Assembly: GCA_046758965.1 (NCBI GenBank)
Contig: JBHIBG010000030.1
Location: 1-30,148, forward strand
Source: Candidatus Methylomirabilia bacterium
GTDB taxonomy: Bacteria; Methylomirabilota; Methylomirabilia; Rokubacteriales; CSP1-6
DNA length: 30,148 nt
Reading direction: 5' to 3'
Part shown: positions 7,959 through 16,129 of the stretch, piece by piece
How positions within the stretch are numbered: position 1 is the first letter of the stretch
How the letters are laid out: each line of letters starts with the position of its first letter
Position numbers and translations under genes: made by a program
The notes under the pieces: model-generated
What the model was told of the DNA's origin: nothing
The model's input: only the letters and a program-made list of their open reading frames with translations
The model's database searches: none

Positions 7959-10669
7959 GCCCGCTGATCGAGAAGATCCCGGTCTATTGCTACCAGTGCG
8001 TGGCAGGGCCCGACCTCCTGAAGGTCGTGGTCAAGGACGGCGTGGCGGTGGGGGTTGAGCCCAACGCCGACTTCGCCACGATCCATCCCGCTTGCGGCAA
8101 GGTCTGCGTCCGGGCCTACGGCCTCATCCAGAAGCTCTACAACCCGAACCGGACCAAGGCCCCGCTGAAGCGCACCAACCCGCGCAAGGGGCGGGAGCAG
8201 GATCCAGGGTGGCAGGAGATCTCCTGGGACGAAGCCCTCGATCTCCTCGCGGAGAAACTCAACGCGATCCGCGCCAAGGGCCTCGTGGACGAAGCGGGCT
8301 ATCCGCGGCTCGCGGCCACCTTCGGCTCCGGAGGGATCGCCCCGGCCTACCTCGGCACCTTCGCCGCGTTCCTGGCTGCCTGGGGGCCTGTGGATCAGGG
8401 GATCGGGAGCGGCCAGGGCGTCAAATGCTACCACTCCGAGCACCTCTACGGGGAGTTCTGGCATCGGGCGTTCACCGTGGCCGCGGACATCCCGCGATGC
8501 GATTACGTCCTCTCTTTCGGCTACAACGGAGACGCCTCGGGCGGGGTGACGGGCATCTTCCGCCACGCCGAGGCGCGAGTCCGGGGGCTCCAGTGGATCC
8601 AGATCGAGCCTCACCTCTCTGTCACGGGGGCGGGAGCAAGAGAGTGGATACCGATCCGCCCCAAGACCGACGCCGCGCTGCTCTTCGCGCTGATGCACGT
8701 GATTCTCCTCGAGCACGACTGGCGGGCCGTCTGCGATACCCCGTTCCTCGAGCGGATGACGAGCTCGCCCTATCTGGTCGGGCCGGGCGGGTACTACCTC
8801 AGGGACCCCGAGACGCTGAAGCCGCTCGTCTGGGACCTGGACCGCGGGCGGCCGGTGGCGTTTGACGACGGGAAGGCCGTGCCGGCGATGGACGGCGACT
8901 ACATCGCTGCCGGCGTGGAGATCGCCGCCGACGGAGCCCGCCGGACCGTCAGCGAGCGAGTGCGACCGGCTTTCGTGCACCTCGTCGAGCATCTGCGCCC
9001 GTATACGCCGGAGTGGGCCTCCGAGATCACGGACGTGCCGGCGGAGACGATCCGCCGGCTCGCCAGAGAGTTTCTCGGCCACGCGAAGGTCGGCGCGACG
9101 ATCGAGATCGACGGCGTCACCTATCCGCAGCGGCCTGTGGCCATCCTGCTGGGCAAGACGGTCGCAAACGGCTGGGGCGGCTACGAGTGCTGCTGGGCCC
9201 GCACGGTCCTGGCCGCGCTCGTAGGGGCGCTCGAAGTGCCCGGCGGGATTCTGGGCACTACCGTCCGCCTGAATCGCCCCGCTCAGAACCGGCCGGATTC
9301 CGTCAAACCTGGCCCCGACGGCTTCATGGCGCAGCCGCTGAACCCCACAGACAAGGAGCGTTGGCAGGCCCGGCCTCGCACCCGCAGCGGGTACAGAACC
9401 CTGGTTCCCCTCGTTGCTGACTCTCCGTGGTCCCAGGCGCTGTCGCCGGCGCACCTGCCGTGGCTGTTCCTCGACCAGCCGCCCGAGCGATGGCCCGCGG
9501 CCACGCTCCCCGAGGTCTGGATCCTCTACCGGACGAACCCGGCCATTTCCAACTGGGAGACCGGGCGGATTGAGGCGGCGCTCGAGCGCTTCCCCTTCGT
9601 CGCCGCCTTCGCCTACACCCAGGACGAGACCAACTGGTACGCCGACCTCCTGCTCCCCGAGGCCACGGACCTCGAGTCGGTGCAGCTCTACCGGATCGGT
9701 GGGACCAAGTACGTCGAGCAGTACTGGGAGCACTCGGGGTTCGCCCTCCGCCAACCTGTGACGGATCCTCCATTTGATACCCGGGATCTTACCGACATCG
9801 CCACCGAGCTGGCCGAGCGCTGCGGGCTCCTGCCGGGATATCTCCAGGCGCTCAACCGGGGCTCGGGGACCGGGGTGCCGCTCAAGACCCTGGAATACGA
9901 CGTGAGCCTCGATCCCGCTGCCCCGGCCACCTCCCGGGAGATCTGGGATCGCGCCTGCCGCGCCGCGACCCTGGGCCTCACCAAAGGGGCGCGGGAGCAC
10001 GGCCTCGATTGGTTCAGGGACCACGGCGCGTTCTTCGTCCCGTTTCCCGTGGAGAACTACTACCTCCACCCCGTGATGGTGGCCCGCGGGCTCCGCTACG
10101 AGCTCCCGTACCAGGAGCGGATCCAGCGAGTGGGGGCGGAACTTCAGCACCGGCTCCACGAGGCGGGGATCGGCTGGTGGGAGTCCCAGCTCGACGAGTA
10201 CCAAGCCCTCCCCCACTGGAAGGACTTCCCGGGCATCTGGGCTCAGGTTGCGGTGCGCCGCGGCAGAAATCCGGAGGAGTTCCCGCTCTGGCTCCTCACC
10301 AGCCGGAGCATGCAGTACTCCTGGGGTGCCAACGTGTCCCTTCCGGTGCTGGCGGAAGTGGCCCGGCACGTCGCGGGCCACTTCGGGGTGATGCTCAACC
10401 GCACCACAGCCCAGGCGCACGGGATCGGAGAGGGCGATCTCGTCGAGATCGAGTCTCCCACGGGGCGCACGCAGGGGTTCGCCATTCTGAGAGAAGGCGT
10501 GAGGCCTGATGTGGCCGTGGCTCTCCAGCAGTTCGGTCACTGGGCCACGCCGGTTGCCAAGGACCTGGGGATGCCGAACCTGAACCAGGTGGCGAGCATC
10601 GACCTGGCCCTCACGGATGCCACCGGCAGCGGCGCCGACCTGGTGAAGGTCGCCATCCGCAAGGCTTAG
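7955..10669 (+). CDS. padB: Phenylacetyl-CoA:acceptor oxidoreductase large subunit (DMSO-reductase-family Mo-bisPGD enzyme)
   Basis: PadB-type motifs YCYQCVAGPDLL, KRTNPRKGREQDPGW.EISWDEAL, GSGQGVKCYHSEHLYGEFWHRAFTV, SRSMQYSWGAN, QFGHWATP, DATGSGADLVKV. No Tat signal. Confidence 0.85.
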   Translation: MSPLIEKIPVYCYQCVAGPDLLKVVVKDGVAVGVEPNADFATIHPACGKVCVRAYGLIQKLYNPNRTKAPLKRTNPRKGREQDPGWQEISWDEALDLLAEKLNAIRAKGLVDEAGYPRLAATFGSGGIAPAYLGTFAAFLAAWGPVDQGIGSGQGVKCYHSEHLYGEFWHRAFTVAADIPRCDYVLSFGYNGDASGGVTGIFRHAEARVRGLQWIQIEPHLSVTGAGAREWIPIRPKTDAALLFALMHVILLEHDWRAVCDTPFLERMTSSPYLVGPGGYYLRDPETLKPLVWDLDRGRPVAFDDGKAVPAMDGDYIAAGVEIAADGARRTVSERVRPAFVHLVEHLRPYTPEWASEITDVPAETIRRLAREFLGHAKVGATIEIDGVTYPQRPVAILLGKTVANGWGGYECCWARTVLAALVGALEVPGGILGTTVRLNRPAQNRPDSVKPGPDGFMAQPLNPTDKERWQARPRTRSGYRTLVPLVADSPWSQALSPAHLPWLFLDQPPERWPAATLPEVWILYRTNPAISNWETGRIEAALERFPFVAAFAYTQDETNWYADLLLPEATDLESVQLYRIGGTKYVEQYWEHSGFALRQPVTDPPFDTRDLTDIATELAERCGLLPGYLQALNRGSGTGVPLKTLEYDVSLDPAAPATSREIWDRACRAATLGLTKGAREHGLDWFRDHGAFFVPFPVENYYLHPVMVARGLRYELPYQERIQRVGAELQHRLHEAGIGWWESQLDEYQALPHWKDFPGIWAQVAVRRGRNPEEFPLWLLTSRSMQYSWGANVSLPVLAEVARHVAGHFGVMLNRTTAQAHGIGEGDLVEIESPTGRTQGFAILREGVRPDVAVALQQFGHWATPVAKDLGMPNLNQVASIDLALTDATGSGADLVKVAIRKA

Positions 10670-10777
10670 AGGCCGTGGGCGATGAAATGGCTTTGCCTGA
10701 GTCGAGGGAAAGCAGCGGGGTGAGCGAGGACGCCGGAGCTGTGGCCGGACCACGAGCTGGGGACGAAGCGCGTTCGG

Positions 10778-10844
10778 GCGCGGGCTTCGCCCGCGCAACC
10801 TGAAGGGGGGGAGGTTTCGGAAGGGGGGGGATCCCCCCCTCCGA
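10778..10844. repeat. Tandem-hairpin palindromic element between padB and padC
   Basis: GCGCGGGC-TTC-GCCCGCGC (10778-10796) and TCGGAA-G8-AT-C7-TCCGA (10817-10844). Confidence 0.65.
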
Positions 10845-10852
10845 GGGAACTT

Positions 10853-11491
10853 ATGCACTGGGGCATGGTGATCGATCTCGTGAGGTGCGTGGGGTGCCAG
10901 ACCTGCACGATTGCCTGCAAGCAGGAGCACGGGCTGCCGGCTGACGTGGTCTGGCGCTTTGTGGCTGATTGCGAGGTGGGCCAGTATCCCGATGTCCGCA
11001 GGCTCTTCCTCCCGATGCAGTGCATGCACTGCGCCGAGCCGCCCTGCGTCCCGGTCTGCCCCACTGGCGCCAGCCGGAAGCGCGAGGACGGAATCGTCTG
11101 GGTGGAGTACCGGAACTGCGTGGGGTGCGGCTACTGCGCGATGGCCTGCCCCTACCAGGCGCGCCATTTCATACACGAGGCGAAGGGCTTCTTCCCTGGC
11201 GGGCCGACGCCGCCTGAGCAAGCCACGGCCCGCCCCGAACGCCAGGGAGTGATGACGAAGTGCACGTTCTGCGTCGAGCGGGTCGACCGGGGGATGGCGC
11301 AGGGTCTCAGGCCGGGCGTAGATACCGAGGCCACTCCTGTCTGCGCGGTCGCGTGCATTGCCGGCGCGATCATCTTCGGCGACCTGGATGACCCCGAGAG
11401 CCCGGTCTCCAGGTTGATCAAGCAGCGAGGCGGAGTCCGGCTCATGACCGAGCTGGGGACCGAGCCCTGCGTCTACTACCTGGTCGAGTAA
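10853..11491 (+). CDS. padC: 4Fe-4S electron-transfer subunit (PadC/DmsB family)
   Basis: Four ferredoxin-type Cys motifs: CVGCQTCTIAC, CMHCAEPPCVPVCP, CVGCGYCAMACPY, KCTFC...PVCAVAC. Confidence 0.88.
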   Translation: MHWGMVIDLVRCVGCQTCTIACKQEHGLPADVVWRFVADCEVGQYPDVRRLFLPMQCMHCAEPPCVPVCPTGASRKREDGIVWVEYRNCVGCGYCAMACPYQARHFIHEAKGFFPGGPTPPEQATARPERQGVMTKCTFCVERVDRGMAQGLRPGVDTEATPVCAVACIAGAIIFGDLDDPESPVSRLIKQRGGVRLMTELGTEPCVYYLVE

Positions 11492-11494
11492 GCG

Positions 11495-12343
11495 ATGCAA
11501 GCCCAGCTACTTCCTGCGGCGCGGCAGACCCTCTGGGGCCGGCTGGCCGTGGCGAACTTCTTTCTCGGTGGAACCGGGGCGGGAGCGTACGTGGTGGGCG
11601 CTGTCCTCTCGGGGTTCCAGCGCTCGCCGCTCCTGATTCTGGCCTCACTGCTTGGACCGGTGCTGGTGGTGGCGGGGTTTCTCTGTGTGGCGGTCGAGGC
11701 GGGCCGCCCGCTGAGGGCCCCGTTTGTGCTCAGAAAGGTGACGAGCTCGTGGATGTCGCGGGAGCTCTGGGTGGGCGGCGCCTTCTGTGTGCTCGCAGTC
11801 GCCGACCTTCTGCGGCCGTTGCTGCTCCTCCGCCTCGGGGCGGCCTTGGCTGCCCTGCTTCTGGCCTTTGCCCAGGGAGCCATCCTGTGGCGGGCGAACG
11901 GCGTGAGCGCCTGGAGCGTGCCGGTGACGCCGCCCCTCTTCCTGGCCTCGGCTCTCACCTCAGGGGCGGGAGTCCTTGGCCTGATCCTGCCTCTCGTGGT
12001 TGCGGGCGACGTTGGAGGAGCGCTGGCGGCCTGGATGGGTGGGCTGATCGTCCTGAGCGCCTTCGTCTTGGCCGGCTACCTCATCTGGCCGGGTGACCCC
12101 GCCTTTCGCGAGGCCACGGCCTCGTTCTGGACTCTCAGCACGGTCGGGGGGGTCTACGGTGTCGGCCATCTCCTGCCCCTTTGGTTCCTGCTCCTCGGTC
12201 TCTGGAATCCGGCTGTGGTCTGGGCAGCGCTGGCCGGAGGACTCCTCCTCCTGGGGCAGCTTCAAGCCAAAGCCTGGCTGATTCTGCGATCGGGGCAGCT
12301 TCGGCCGATCACGATTCCCCATCTCCAGTTGCGCAGGGAGTGA
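11495..12343 (+). CDS. padD: Membrane anchor subunit (PadD; DmsC/NrfD-like)
   Basis: Multi-TM protein with QTLW..AVANFFLGGTGAG, EAGRPLR, SSWMSRE; third gene of the Mo-enzyme triad. Confidence 0.78.
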   Translation: MQAQLLPAARQTLWGRLAVANFFLGGTGAGAYVVGAVLSGFQRSPLLILASLLGPVLVVAGFLCVAVEAGRPLRAPFVLRKVTSSWMSRELWVGGAFCVLAVADLLRPLLLLRLGAALAALLLAFAQGAILWRANGVSAWSVPVTPPLFLASALTSGAGVLGLILPLVVAGDVGGALAAWMGGLIVLSAFVLAGYLIWPGDPAFREATASFWTLSTVGGVYGVGHLLPLWFLLLGLWNPAVVWAALAGGLLLLGQLQAKAWLILRSGQLRPITIPHLQLRRE

Positions 12344-12353
12344 GGGGGAGGCC

Positions 12354-12800
12354 ATGAGCCGGGGTGCCATTGCGATCCGAAACGTGGAGCGGGGGGACCT
12401 GGACGCGCTGGTTACAATCGACGAGCGACTCACCGGCCAGACCCGGAAGGATTACTGGACCAAGCGCCTGGACCTGTCGGAACTGCGTCCGCCCTGGATG
12501 TCGCTGATAGCGGAGCTGGACGGGCGTGTGGTGGGCTTCCTCTTCGGGTGGACGAGCGAGTCCGAGTTCGGGATCCCCGGGCCGACAGCTTGGATCGACC
12601 TCCTCGGCGTGGATCTGCCGTACCGGGGTCGTGGGGTCGGTCAGGCCCTCATGGAGCGCTTCATCACGGCGGGCCGGGAGCTCAGGGCTATCAAGAAAGT
12701 GATCACGCTCATCGATCTGGCCCAGACCGACATCCGTGAATTCTTCCTGAAAGCCGGTTTTCGTCCTGGCCGGTTGATCCAGCTCGAGCGCGAGCTCTGA
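12354..12800 (+). CDS. GNAT-family N-acetyltransferase
   Basis: AELDGRVVGF and LGVDLPYRGRGVGQALM acetyl-CoA-binding motif; RBS GGAGG. Confidence 0.88.
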   Translation: MSRGAIAIRNVERGDLDALVTIDERLTGQTRKDYWTKRLDLSELRPPWMSLIAELDGRVVGFLFGWTSESEFGIPGPTAWIDLLGVDLPYRGRGVGQALMERFITAGRELRAIKKVITLIDLAQTDIREFFLKAGFRPGRLIQLEREL

Positions 12801-12971
12801 CGAGACAGGGGGCCGGGAGCGGGCCCGCCTGGTCGAAGGCGCCGCCGGGAGCAGTCAGTGGGCCGGGGCCTCACGCGTTCTCGGGCATGTCGGATGGATT
12901 ACAAAAGTGAAGCGTTTGCTCCATTTACATTCTCCGGATTCACCGTCAAGGTGTGAAAGGCGAAGCGGGCG

Positions 12972-13037
12972 ATGAAATTCGGCATGAGCATGGAGCTTCT
13001 ACAAAAACACGTGTTCCCTCAGCTTCGGGCGGGATAG
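12972..13037 (+). pseudogene. Remnant of a luciferase-like (LLM) flavin oxidoreductase gene, N- and C-termini joined in frame
   Basis: Reads MKFGM-SMELLQKHVFPQLRAG*. MKFG is a typical LLM start and SMELxxxxVxPxLR a typical LLM end. Confidence 0.55.
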
Positions 13038-13097
13038 CGCAGGATCGCCGCCTCGTCGGGGGATGACCGGTTGCCATCAACGGAAGGAGCACGATCG

Positions 13098-13373
13098 ATG
13101 TTCGAGCCCAAGGCCGCAGCGGACTTCGTCTTCAAGGACCTGCTCTACGAAAAAAAGGAGTGGGTGGCGCGGATCACGCTGAACCGGCCTCAGGTGTTCA
13201 GCGAGTTCCGCTGGGGGCCGTACGCCAAGAGCTGCGAGGGCTGCGGCGCCACGTACCTGCCCGAAGAGTTCGCCTTCTGCGGGCGCTGCGGCGAGCGGCT
13301 GGTTTCAGTGGAGGCCGAGGAGGGTGGTGGTGAGCAGAGGGCCGGTACGGGCAGAAAGGGAGAGAGGCCATGA
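13098..13373 (+). pseudogene. Internally deleted crotonase (BadI/Oah/enoyl-CoA hydratase-like) retaining a C-terminal zinc ribbon
   Basis: RBS AAGGAG then ATG 13098. The crotonase N-terminus FKDLLYEKKEWVARITLNRPQVF runs directly into SEFRWGPYAKSCEGC...FAFCGRCGERL, so the catalytic core is absent. The stop overlaps the next ATG (ATGA). Confidence 0.65.
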
Positions 13374-14131
13374 CGCTCAAGGGGAAGACGGCCATCGTCA
13401 CCGGTGGAGGCCGCGGGATCGGCCGCGCCATTGCTCTGGCGCTGGCCCGCGGGGGATGCCAGGTCGCGGTGGCCGACGCCATCGTGGAGAACGCCCGGGC
13501 GGTGAAGGACGAGGTCGAGGCGCTGGGGGTCAAGGGGCTTGCGCTGCACGTCGACCTGACCCGGCGAAAGGAAGTCGAGCGCGCGGTGGAGGACACCTTT
13601 GCCCAGTTCGGCCAGCTCGACATCCTCGTCAACAACGCCGGCTGGGACAAGATGGAGCTGTTCCTGGACTCCGAGGAGGAGACCTGGGACAAGGTCATCG
13701 CGATCAACTACAAGGCGGTGCTGTACATGTGCAAGGCCGTCCTCCCGCACATGGTGGCGCGAGGGTCGGGGAAGGTCATCAATATCGCTTCCGACGCGGG
13801 GCGCGTGGGCTCCAGCGGAGAGGCCGTCTACGCGGGGACAAAGGGGGCGGTGATTGCCTTCTCCAAGACCCTGGCTCGTGAGCTTGCCCGACACCGGATC
13901 ACGGTCAACGTGGTCTGCCCCGGACCCACCGAGACGCCCCTGCTCCAGTCGATCCGCGCGCAGTCGCCGAAGACCGAGAAGGTGATCGAGGCGGTCTTGC
14001 GCGCGGTCCCGCTGGGCCGTGCGGGGGTCCCGGAGGAGATCGCCGCGGCGGTGGCGTTCCTGGCCTCGCCGGAGGCGGACTTCATCACGGGCCAGACGCT
14101 CAGCGTGAGCGGCGGCCTCACGATGTGTTAA
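13370..14131 (+). CDS. badH: SDR, 2-hydroxycyclohexanecarboxyl-CoA dehydrogenase-like
   Basis: TGGGRGIG, LVNNAGWD, NIASDAGRVGSSGEAVYAGTKG, TVNVVCPGPTETPLL, FITGQTLSVSGGLTM, all close to R. palustris BadH motifs. Confidence 0.75.
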   Translation: MTLKGKTAIVTGGGRGIGRAIALALARGGCQVAVADAIVENARAVKDEVEALGVKGLALHVDLTRRKEVERAVEDTFAQFGQLDILVNNAGWDKMELFLDSEEETWDKVIAINYKAVLYMCKAVLPHMVARGSGKVINIASDAGRVGSSGEAVYAGTKGAVIAFSKTLARELARHRITVNVVCPGPTETPLLQSIRAQSPKTEKVIEAVLRAVPLGRAGVPEEIAAAVAFLASPEADFITGQTLSVSGGLTMC

Positions 14132-14133
14132 CC

Positions 14134-14226
14134 GCGCTCTCCCGCATCATCTACGCCGCGGCGACCCCGGAGGAAGCCAGGCGCAAGCTCCTGTGGGAGA
14201 GCCCCGTGGAGCGTGTTGAGCCGTGA
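14134..14226 (+). pseudogene. Headless C-terminal gene fragment (possibly an amidohydrolase tail)
   Basis: Reads ALSRIIYAAATPEEARRKLLWESPVERVEP* with no start codon. Its TGA (14224-14226) overlaps the GTG of the next SDR. Confidence 0.35.
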
Positions 14227-14987
14227 AAGGCTGGTGGGAGCTGACAGGTAAGGTCGCGCTTGTCACGGGGGCAAGCCGCGGGATCGGGCGGGGCTTGGCA
14301 CTCGCCCTCGCGGAGGCGGGGGCCGAAGTCGTCTGCGCTGGGCGGGACACTACCGCCCTGGCTGAGACCTGCGCGGCCATTGAGGCTCTGAGCCGGCGCG
14401 CCGTCGGGGTGACCGCTGACGTGACGAGCCCCGAGGAGGTCGAGCGGATGACCGGGGAAGTCGTTGCGCGGTTCGGCCGGCTCGACGTCCTCGTCAACAA
14501 CGCCGGGACCATCTTCGGCAAGGCGGCTCAGAAGGTAAGCCCGGATGAGTGGCGAGCCCTCCTGGAGGTCGATCTCACGGGGGCATTTCTCTGCGCGCAA
14601 GCCGCCGGGCACCGGATGATCGCGCAGCGCTCCGGGCGCATCATCAACGTCGGCTCGATTTTCGGCGAGCTGGGGACCCGGGGCTTTGCCCCCTACGCCG
14701 CGGCAAAGGCCGGGCTGCACGCCCTCACGCGCTCGCTCGCGTACGAGTGGGCGCGCTACGGCATCACCGTGAACTGCATCGCGCCCGGCTACGTCCGCAC
14801 TGACTTCAACCGCGCCGCCCTCGCGGCTCCAAAGACGCGCGAGCAAATCCTGTCGCGGATCCCTCTCGGTCGAGTCGCCGAACCCGAAGAGCTGGGGCCG
14901 CTCGCGGTCTATCTTGCCTCGGACGCCTCGGCGTTCATGACCGGCCAGGTCATCTTCTTCGACGGCGGCCAGGTGATGGCGTGGTAG
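14223..14987 (+). CDS. SDR oxidoreductase (KduD/gluconate 5-dehydrogenase-like)
   Basis: TGASRGIG, LVNNAG, YAAAK catalytic motif, VNCIAPGY, FMTGQVIFFDGG. Confidence 0.9.
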   Translation: MKGWWELTGKVALVTGASRGIGRGLALALAEAGAEVVCAGRDTTALAETCAAIEALSRRAVGVTADVTSPEEVERMTGEVVARFGRLDVLVNNAGTIFGKAAQKVSPDEWRALLEVDLTGAFLCAQAAGHRMIAQRSGRIINVGSIFGELGTRGFAPYAAAKAGLHALTRSLAYEWARYGITVNCIAPGYVRTDFNRAALAAPKTREQILSRIPLGRVAEPEELGPLAVYLASDASAFMTGQVIFFDGGQVMAW

Positions 14988-15885
14988 CCAGGGCCACGGC
15001 GCTTCGCCCGCTCCTGCTGGCGGCGACGCCAGAGCAGCAGGCGCGGTACTTCGGTGAGGTGGTCGGTGGGGGTTACTCTTCGCCTTCTGTCTCACCGAGC
15101 CCCACGCGGGTTCCGATGCGGCCGCCCTGGCCACCCGGGCCGAGCGGGAGCGTGAGGGCTACCTTCTCACGGGTCAGAAGCGCTTCATCACCAACGGGGA
15201 CATCGCGGACTTCCACCTGGTCTTTGCCCGCACCGGGCCGACGCGCGACGGGATCTCGGCCTTCGTGGTCCCTGCCGGCACTCCGGGCCTGAGCCCCGGC
15301 AAGCGGGAGAACAAGATGGGGCTCCGGGCCTCTCCCACCACCGACCTGCTCTTCGATGGCGCGTGGATTCCCGCCTCAGCCCGCATCGGGCAAGAAGGGG
15401 ACGGGTTCGCCCTGCTGACGGCGACCTTCAATGCCTCGCGCCCCACTATTGCCGCCCAGGCCGTGGGGCTGGCCCAGGCTGCGACGGACGCCGCGCGAGC
15501 TTACGCGCTCGAGCGGCGGCAGTTCGGCCGCTCCGTGGCCGACTTTCAGGGACTCCGGTTCCTGCTGGCCGAGATGGCCACCCAGGTGGAAGCGGCTCGC
15601 GCTCTCACCTATCGAGCCAGCAGTGAGTACGATGCGGGGCGGGTCTCGCCAGCGCTGTCAGCCATGTCGAAGTGTTTCGCTTCTGATGTGGCGATGCGGG
15701 TGGCCACTGACGCGGTCCAGGTCTTCGGGGGCTACGGGTTCCTGAAGGACTACCCTGTCGAACGGCTGATGCGGGACGCCAAGATCACTCAGATTTACGA
15801 AGGGACGAACCAGATCATGCGGGTCATCATCGCCCGGGGTTTCCTGGCGAGGGCTCAGGACGACCCGTCATCTCCCGCCCGCTGA
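14988..15885 (+). pseudogene. Acyl-CoA dehydrogenase pseudogene (5'-truncated, frameshifted)
   Basis: One frame reads PLLLAATPEQQARYF; the sequence shifts frame near 15070-15078 into FAFCLTEPHAGSDA...GQKRFITNG...KMGLRASPT...RRQFG...GGYGF...RDAKITQIYEGTNQI. The downstream frame has an in-frame TGA at 15055, and the N-terminal helical domain is missing. Confidence 0.8.
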
Positions 15886-16129
15886 CCACCTGCGTTCCGC
15901 TCCGGGAGGCGTGCAATCCTTCCGTCTCCTCCGGACGACGCGCTCGCAGATCTCCACCAGGCTTCTGCACTCCCTTGCGCTTTAGGATAAAGTAGGGCGT
16001 AGCTTGCCTCCCGCTCCAGGGAGGCGGCCTGGCCGTTGCCTCCATGTCTGGAGGGATCAGCGTCCTCGCTGGGTGCGCTCACCGGGCGCGAGCGCTCCAC
16101 GGCCACAGGATCGCGAAGGAGGTTGCCCC

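Noticed and set aside
7763..11500. 1245-aa minus-strand ORF
   Set aside because: It is the antisense shadow of padB/padC. It has no recognisable motifs, and long antisense ORFs are expected in high-GC coding DNA.
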